A program made the position numbers and the translations under genes. DNA of 64,000 nt, taken from positions 3,840,001-3,904,000 of the forward strand of contig OY769902.1 in NCBI GenBank assembly GCA_963669175.1, in the 5' to 3' direction. The notes under the pieces were generated by a model. The model saw nothing but the letters and a program-made list of their open reading frames with translations, made no database searches and was not told the origin of the DNA. This document shows positions 58,914-64,000 of the stretch, piece by piece. This DNA comes from a bacterium. Lineage in GTDB: Bacteria > Electryoneota > Electryoneia > Electryoneales > Electryoneaceae. The stretch's first letter is position 1. The number at the start of each line of letters is the position of its first letter.

Positions 58914-59582
58914 TTGTCCTCAACCAAAGAAAAGCCCGCCCTGCAATGGCGTCCCCAGAGCCAGGGTGAAGAGATAGCCAACAGCATCACGCATGGCATC
59001 GGCATCGCTATCGGCGTAGCTGCGCTGGTGCTGCTGGTGGTTTTTGCCGCAAGACGTGGCGATGCCTGGGCTGTAACCAGCTTCAGCATCTACGGCGCTT
59101 CCATGATACTGCTATACACGGCCTCAACCCTGTATCACAGTTTCCGTGACGAAAAGATCAAACGCCTGTTCAAACTGTTCGATCACGCCTCCATTTACCT
59201 GCTGATCGCCGGAACCTATACCCCGATTCTGCTCACCATGATGCGTGGCGCCTGGGGCTGGTCGTTGTTCGGTGTGATATGGGGACTGGCAATCTTTGGC
59301 GTGGCTTTCAAAATCATGTTTGTCGGACGGTTCAAAGTGTTATCCGTCCTGATATACCTGGCAATGGGCTGGATGATTGTTGTTGCCTTCAAGCCGATGC
59401 TGGCTGCAGTCCCCACTGGCTTCCTGATCTGGCTGATGATCGGCGGCGCCTGCTATACGCTTGGTGTCATTTTTTACGTCTGGCGCACCTTTCCCTATCA
59501 CCATTCTGTCTGGCATCTGTTCGTGCTAGGCGGAAGCATCTCCCATTTCTTCGGGCTGTTGTTTCACGTGGCCTTGAAGTAG
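58914..59582 (+). CDS. trhA: Hemolysin III / PAQR-family membrane protein
   Basis: EEIANSITHG, STLYH, DHASIYLLIAGTYTP, H..WHLFVLGG...H. Confidence 0.93.
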   Translation: MSSTKEKPALQWRPQSQGEEIANSITHGIGIAIGVAALVLLVVFAARRGDAWAVTSFSIYGASMILLYTASTLYHSFRDEKIKRLFKLFDHASIYLLIAGTYTPILLTMMRGAWGWSLFGVIWGLAIFGVAFKIMFVGRFKVLSVLIYLAMGWMIVVAFKPMLAAVPTGFLIWLMIGGACYTLGVIFYVWRTFPYHHSVWHLFVLGGSISHFFGLLFHVALK

Positions 59583-59651
59583 GGGTATGAATGCGGGAAA
59601 GTCCAACTCAGGCTTTTCCGCAGTTTCCCTGAAAAGGGACAAAATGGACGT

Positions 59652-59679
59652 AAAAAACCCACCTACATCCGGTGGGTTG
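59652..59679 (-). terminator. Terminator after the DtxR-family gene
   Basis: AACCCACC/GGTGGGTT stem with T-run on the minus strand. Confidence 0.65.
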
Positions 59680-59713
59680 AATTTGCTACCTGCTTCCATG
59701 AACACCCAGTATG

Positions 59714-60397
59714 CTACTGGTGAAACCTCATTGTCGGGGCGACCAGGATATGGCTGGCGACATCACGATCCAGGCACATGGTATGATCACCGACGCTTAC
59801 GACCAGTTTTCCGACCATTGGATCATTAAGTCGTGAAATGGGACGACCGGGATGACCTCCGATTTCACTGAGTCCTGCCAGCTCCTTGTGACTCCGATGA
59901 TCGACACGGCTTAAAATCGCACGTCCCCCCTCCTCAAGATCTGTCAGGGGAATCAGGTGCTTTTCCGGCATATTGCCATCCTCGTCCGGGATGGGATCGC
60001 CATACGGGCTGTATGCAGGATGTCCAAGCTTGGTATCAATCCGCTCCAAGAGCTTGTCGCTTACGGTATGTTCCAGGAGACGCACTTCATCATGCACATC
60101 TTCTGTCGTATAGTTCAAAAATTGAACCAGAAAAGTCTCGAGAATACGATGCCTGCGGATCAGGCGAACCGCCAGACGACGTCCCTGTTCGGTTAATTCG
60201 GGCGGACGATAACGTCGATAACGAATCCAGCCACGATAATGCAGCCGCCGTAACATGCCGGTCACAGAAGGCGCCTTAACCCCGAACATCTCAGCCAGTT
60301 TACTGGTGCCAGGACGCTTGCCTTCGTATTCAAAACGAAACAGTGCCAACAGGTATTCTTCCGCTGAATGCGAAATGCGAGGTCTGTAGGCTGTCAT
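59714..60397 (-). CDS. DtxR/MntR-family metal-dependent regulator with FeoA-like C-terminus
   Basis: EEYL, PSVTGM, RRHRILETFL, LEH, SPYGDPIP; SD GGAGG before ATG 60397. Confidence 0.93.
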   Translation of the reverse strand: MTAYRPRISHSAEEYLLALFRFEYEGKRPGTSKLAEMFGVKAPSVTGMLRRLHYRGWIRYRRYRPPELTEQGRRLAVRLIRRHRILETFLVQFLNYTTEDVHDEVRLLEHTVSDKLLERIDTKLGHPAYSPYGDPIPDEDGNMPEKHLIPLTDLEEGGRAILSRVDHRSHKELAGLSEIGGHPGRPISRLNDPMVGKLVVSVGDHTMCLDRDVASHILVAPTMRFHQ

Positions 60398-60412
60398 GTA
60401 TGCCTCCATCAG

Positions 60413-60426
60413 TTAGGGTATCCTAA
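60413..60426. promoter_or_regulatory. Putative DtxR-family operator TTAGG-GTAT-CCTAA
   Basis: Palindrome 15 nt upstream of the regulator start, resembling SirR/DtxR-type boxes. Confidence 0.7.
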
Positions 60427-60566
60427 TATGATCCCCTGCAAGTAAGTCTTTCAACATCGATCCTAACCTTCTCCAGGCGAAGAGAGTCATCCGCAGGATC
60501 CTGCTGTTTTCTTTCTATTCGAAGACAGGCATGTTACCTTACGGGATCGGGTAGACTAACGGTTAG

Positions 60567-61880
60567 ATGATGAATCTGCTAGATCGTTACATCGTAAAAG
60601 AGCACATTGCTCCCTTCTTCATGAGCATCTCCATGATCATGCTCATCTTCATCCTGAATCTGCTTTTCAGGATGTTGAGGCGTATTGTGGGGCAAGGACT
60701 GCCGCTTAATGTAATAGGTGAGTTCTTCTTCCTTAACCTGGCCTGGATTCTTACGTTAGCGATCCCCATGGCAGTACTGATGGCCTGTTTGATCGCATAT
60801 GGACGCATGGCCAGCGACATGGAAATCGTAGCGCTGAAGGCGTCCGGCGTGGGGGTTGTTCGCCTGATGAGACCCATGATTATCGTCGGTCTCCTGATCG
60901 GTGGAGCCACTTTTTATTTCATGGATCAGATACTACCTGACTTCAATTACCGAAATAAACTGCTGACCATATCCATTCGAAGAAAGAAGCCGAATATTGC
61001 AATCAAGGAAGGCATATTTACACGTGAACTCAGCAAACAGACCATACTAGTGCGTGAGATCAATGAAGAAACCGGCATACTGTACTCGGTAAAGATTTTT
61101 GACGATGGGAATCCAGAACAACCTGCGACAGTGGTAGCAGACTCTGGCATGCTGACTTACATCGACACACTGGGGATGTACCAGTTCAGGCTCTACAGCG
61201 GCTCCATACACCAGATGAAACCTTCTGAGCCGGAATCTTATGAAACTCTTGATTTTACGGAATCCATTTTCAGAATAAATTCCCCTGAACAGAATTTGCA
61301 TTTGCGTGAAAGGGGGTATCGCGGCGACCGTGAGCTTGATTTGGAGGGATTAAGCCGACGTATTGAAGAGCTGCGTGGTCGTCCCAATGCGGACCAGTTG
61401 ACCAAACAGATCAACCGTTATCGGGTGGAGTATCATAAAAAATACTCTATCCCGGCTGCGACACTCATCTTTGTCCTGATTGGAGCGCCGTTGGGAATCA
61501 AGCTCAGGAAAGGAGGCGCCGGTACCAGTGTTGTCCTGTCCATCAGCTTCTTTCTGGTTTACTGGATATTCCTGATCGGCGGTGAAGACATCGGCGACCG
61601 TGGCTGGATACATCCCGGTCTCGCTATGTGGGCGCCCAATATTCTGCTGGGCTTGTTCGGTATCTTCCTGATTCATATGGAAACCAGGTCGCACAGCACT
61701 CTACGGATGCCATGGCAGAAAAAGGGTACGGTTGAAGTGGTGGCTTCTGATAACTGGCATCTTTCCAGCGAAGAGATCGAAAAACTGGCTGAAGCGGAAC
61801 TTGCCAAACAGCAAGAGCCGACGCCTTCAGAAGAAACTGGTGATGAGCCCGTTGACGAATCCCGGGAGGATTCGCAATGA
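60567..61880 (+). CDS. lptF: LPS export ABC transporter permease LptF
   Basis: LDRYI, PMAVL, GRMASD.E..ALKASG, EYHKKYSIP, AMWAPN. Confidence 0.9.
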   Translation: MMNLLDRYIVKEHIAPFFMSISMIMLIFILNLLFRMLRRIVGQGLPLNVIGEFFFLNLAWILTLAIPMAVLMACLIAYGRMASDMEIVALKASGVGVVRLMRPMIIVGLLIGGATFYFMDQILPDFNYRNKLLTISIRRKKPNIAIKEGIFTRELSKQTILVREINEETGILYSVKIFDDGNPEQPATVVADSGMLTYIDTLGMYQFRLYSGSIHQMKPSEPESYETLDFTESIFRINSPEQNLHLRERGYRGDRELDLEGLSRRIEELRGRPNADQLTKQINRYRVEYHKKYSIPAATLIFVLIGAPLGIKLRKGGAGTSVVLSISFFLVYWIFLIGGEDIGDRGWIHPGLAMWAPNILLGLFGIFLIHMETRSHSTLRMPWQKKGTVEVVASDNWHLSSEEIEKLAEAELAKQQEPTPSEETGDEPVDESREDSQ

Positions 61881-62950
61881 AGCGCATCGACCGTTATGTT
61901 TCTTCACGTTTCTTCACCTTTTTCTTCCTGTCAATCCTGATCGCACTGGTGATTTACCTGGTAGTAGATCCGATTGAAAATCTGGATAAATTTCTCGACA
62001 AAGGTGTCCCAACCAAGGATATCTTCAAGTATTACGTGCTGTATATCCCCTACATCATGTATTTGACTTACCCTGTTGCCATGTTGCTGGCGACTCTGAT
62101 CAGTATCGGCGGTCTGAATTCAAGCCGTGAACTGCTGGCCATGACGGCATCGGGAATTCCGCTTCACCGTCACCTGCTGAACCTTGGTTTTATTGGGCTG
62201 GTCATGAGTATTCTCGCCTTTTACTGGGGAGAAACTCTTGTCCCCTACACCAACAAGGAACGCATGGCGATCTGGCGTGAACAGGTGAAGAAAAAGGTGG
62301 ACTGGCGGCTCCTTGATCAGGGGCAGGTTTACCTTCAGGTATCCAAAACCGAAATCCTTCACCTGAATCTATATCAACCACGTCATCAGCTCGGTCATGG
62401 TATGGATTTGTTTGTCTTCGAGAACAATCGGATCAAGGAACGGTTCAGCGCGAAGACCTTATCCTGGAATGGCAAACAGTGGATCGCCAACGCGGTCATG
62501 CGCCGTGAATTTACCGATCATGGCGAATACATTGACCGATTGCAGCGTTTGGAGATGAACTTCAAACTTGTTCCGGATGACTTCATCGAGCTTCAGGTTG
62601 AGCCCGAGGAAATGGGCTATGAGGAACTGAAGCGGTTTGTTGAACGCATCCGTATCACCGGCGGGTCCATCGAAAAATGGCAGGTTGACCTGCATTCCAA
62701 GATCGCCATGCCTTTTGCCGGGGTTATTATCATCCTCTTCGGCCTCCCCATCTCCTCCACCTTCAGGCGTAGTGGCATGGTGTTGGGTTTCGGGATGAGT
62801 GTTGCCGTAGCGTTTATATATTTCGGCCTGTTGCAGGTGGGGAAAGTGCTGGGCTACAAGGAAATACTTGATCCATTCTTGGCTGCCTGGCTGGGCAACA
62901 TTGTCTTCCTTGCCATTGGATCGATTCTATACGTTCGTGCACCTAAATAG
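61877..62950 (+). CDS. lptG: LPS export ABC transporter permease LptG
   Basis: IDRYV, P.AMLLA, ELLAMTASGI, KIAMPF, AAWLGN; follows lptF. Confidence 0.9.
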   Translation: MKRIDRYVSSRFFTFFFLSILIALVIYLVVDPIENLDKFLDKGVPTKDIFKYYVLYIPYIMYLTYPVAMLLATLISIGGLNSSRELLAMTASGIPLHRHLLNLGFIGLVMSILAFYWGETLVPYTNKERMAIWREQVKKKVDWRLLDQGQVYLQVSKTEILHLNLYQPRHQLGHGMDLFVFENNRIKERFSAKTLSWNGKQWIANAVMRREFTDHGEYIDRLQRLEMNFKLVPDDFIELQVEPEEMGYEELKRFVERIRITGGSIEKWQVDLHSKIAMPFAGVIIILFGLPISSTFRRSGMVLGFGMSVAVAFIYFGLLQVGKVLGYKEILDPFLAAWLGNIVFLAIGSILYVRAPK

Positions 62951-62961
62951 AGGGTAAAACA

Positions 62962-63510
62962 GTGATATTCCATCAGACATCTATTCCGGGTGTTGTTGAA
63001 ATTGAAGCAAAGATCCTGGGAGATTCTCGCGGCTATTTCATGGAATTTTATCATCAGGACAGGTTTCGCGAAGCCGGGATCGATGTATCATTTGTCCAGG
63101 ACAATATGAGCAGTTCCACTAAAAATGTCCTTCGCGGTTTGCACTACCAGTTGGGCAAACCCCAGGGAAAACTTGTTTCCGTTTTCCGCGGCGAAGTGTT
63201 TGATGTAGCGGTAGACATTCGGAAAGGCAGCCCGACGTTTGGCAAGTGGACCTATACCATCCTGACGGAAGAGAAGCATAACGCCCTGTATATCCCGCCG
63301 GGCTTCGCGCATGGATTCTGTGTGCTCTCCGATTATGCCGAATTCTTTTACAAGTGTTCCGAGCTGTATTATCCCCAGGGCGACCGTTCGATCCGCTGGA
63401 ATGATCCAGAGATTGGTGTGGAATGGCCGGTAAAAGCCCCGTTGCTGTCTGACAAGGACAAGCTTGCCCCATTCATGAAAGACGCCGAGTTGACAACCTA
63501 CAACGGATAG
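62962..63510 (+). CDS. rfbC: dTDP-4-dehydrorhamnose 3,5-epimerase
   Basis: GDSRGYF, FVQDN.S.S, LRGLHYQ, DVAVDIR.GSPTFG.W, GFAHGF. Confidence 0.96.
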   Translation: MIFHQTSIPGVVEIEAKILGDSRGYFMEFYHQDRFREAGIDVSFVQDNMSSSTKNVLRGLHYQLGKPQGKLVSVFRGEVFDVAVDIRKGSPTFGKWTYTILTEEKHNALYIPPGFAHGFCVLSDYAEFFYKCSELYYPQGDRSIRWNDPEIGVEWPVKAPLLSDKDKLAPFMKDAELTTYNG

Positions 63511-63522
63511 AGGGAGGAAAAC

Positions 63523-64000
63523 GTGATTGCCAATGAACCGGTAGTCCCCTTCAAGTGGCAACGACGTTTTATCGAGCTGGCCCGTTTCTGGGCGCAGTTT
63601 ATGACCTGCGACCGTGCCCAGGTCGGCGCGATTATCGTAAAGGGAAAGCGTGTGATCGCCTCCGGGTACGGCGGCGCTCCTTCAGGATCGAAGACCTGTG
63701 ATGAAATCGGCCATGCCATGGTTGGTAATCACTGTGTGCGCACGGTTCACGCGGAAATGAACGCCATCGCCCAGGCGGCGCGGTTCGGGCCATCTGTCGA
63801 TGGTTGTGACATGTATTGTACGGTTATGCCCTGCTGGAATTGCGCGAAAATGATTGCGGCGTGTGGTATCGCTCGAGTGTATTATGTCGAAGAATATCAT
63901 CCGGAAGAATGGGAATTCTACAAAGCGCTCTACGATGGCCTCCAGACGGAATTTATTCACCTGGATCTTAGTAAGGCGACTGAACAGAGCGATGGCGATC
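63523..64000 (+). CDS. dCMP deaminase / ComEB-like zinc deaminase (3' end outside window; absent from ORF track)
   Basis: Hand translation: TCDRAQVGAIIV..HCVRTVHAEMNAI..PCWNCAK; SD GGGAGG. Confidence 0.88.
   Translation, partial: MIANEPVVPFKWQRRFIELARFWAQFMTCDRAQVGAIIVKGKRVIASGYGGAPSGSKTCDEIGHAMVGNHCVRTVHAEMNAIAQAARFGPSVDGCDMYCTVMPCWNCAKMIAACGIARVYYVEEYHPEEWEFYKALYDGLQTEFIHLDLSKATEQSDGD

Overview
64 kb of chromosome from a Gram-negative bacterium with mid-GC coding sequence, probably a non-Bacteroidota FCB-group lineage (inferred from YPNPFNP-type C-terminal sorting domains and a Chlorobi-like tmRNA tag, ADDYGYALAA). Mostly housekeeping genes: thrS (partial), tdh, kbl, an M23 peptidase, ssrA, etfBA, an EF-G paralogue, mscS (frameshifted), mltF, spmAB-thiN-SSS, a CDP-alcohol transferase/LicC-like/DMT trio, hup-hinT-rpsU-yqeY-cvpA-radical SAM, glnE-like, trhA, a DtxR/MntR regulator, lptFG, rfbC and a dCMP-deaminase-like gene (partial), plus one IS701-type element. 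Two things stand out. (1) All three complete T9SS-type cargo proteins, including a C25 gingipain-like protease, carry an (E/D)LD(E/D) motif at propeptide or domain junctions, suggesting an Asp-directed, caspase-like polyprotein-processing system (inference). (2) The intergenic DNA holds many non-autonomous palindromic element families with covarying stems and AT-rich loops, including a nested structure: a six-hairpin element inside a MITE with Tn5/IS50-like ends, inside another six-hairpin element. No CRISPR array, reverse transcriptase or integrase was found. All family assignments are by motif recognition only; no searches were run.
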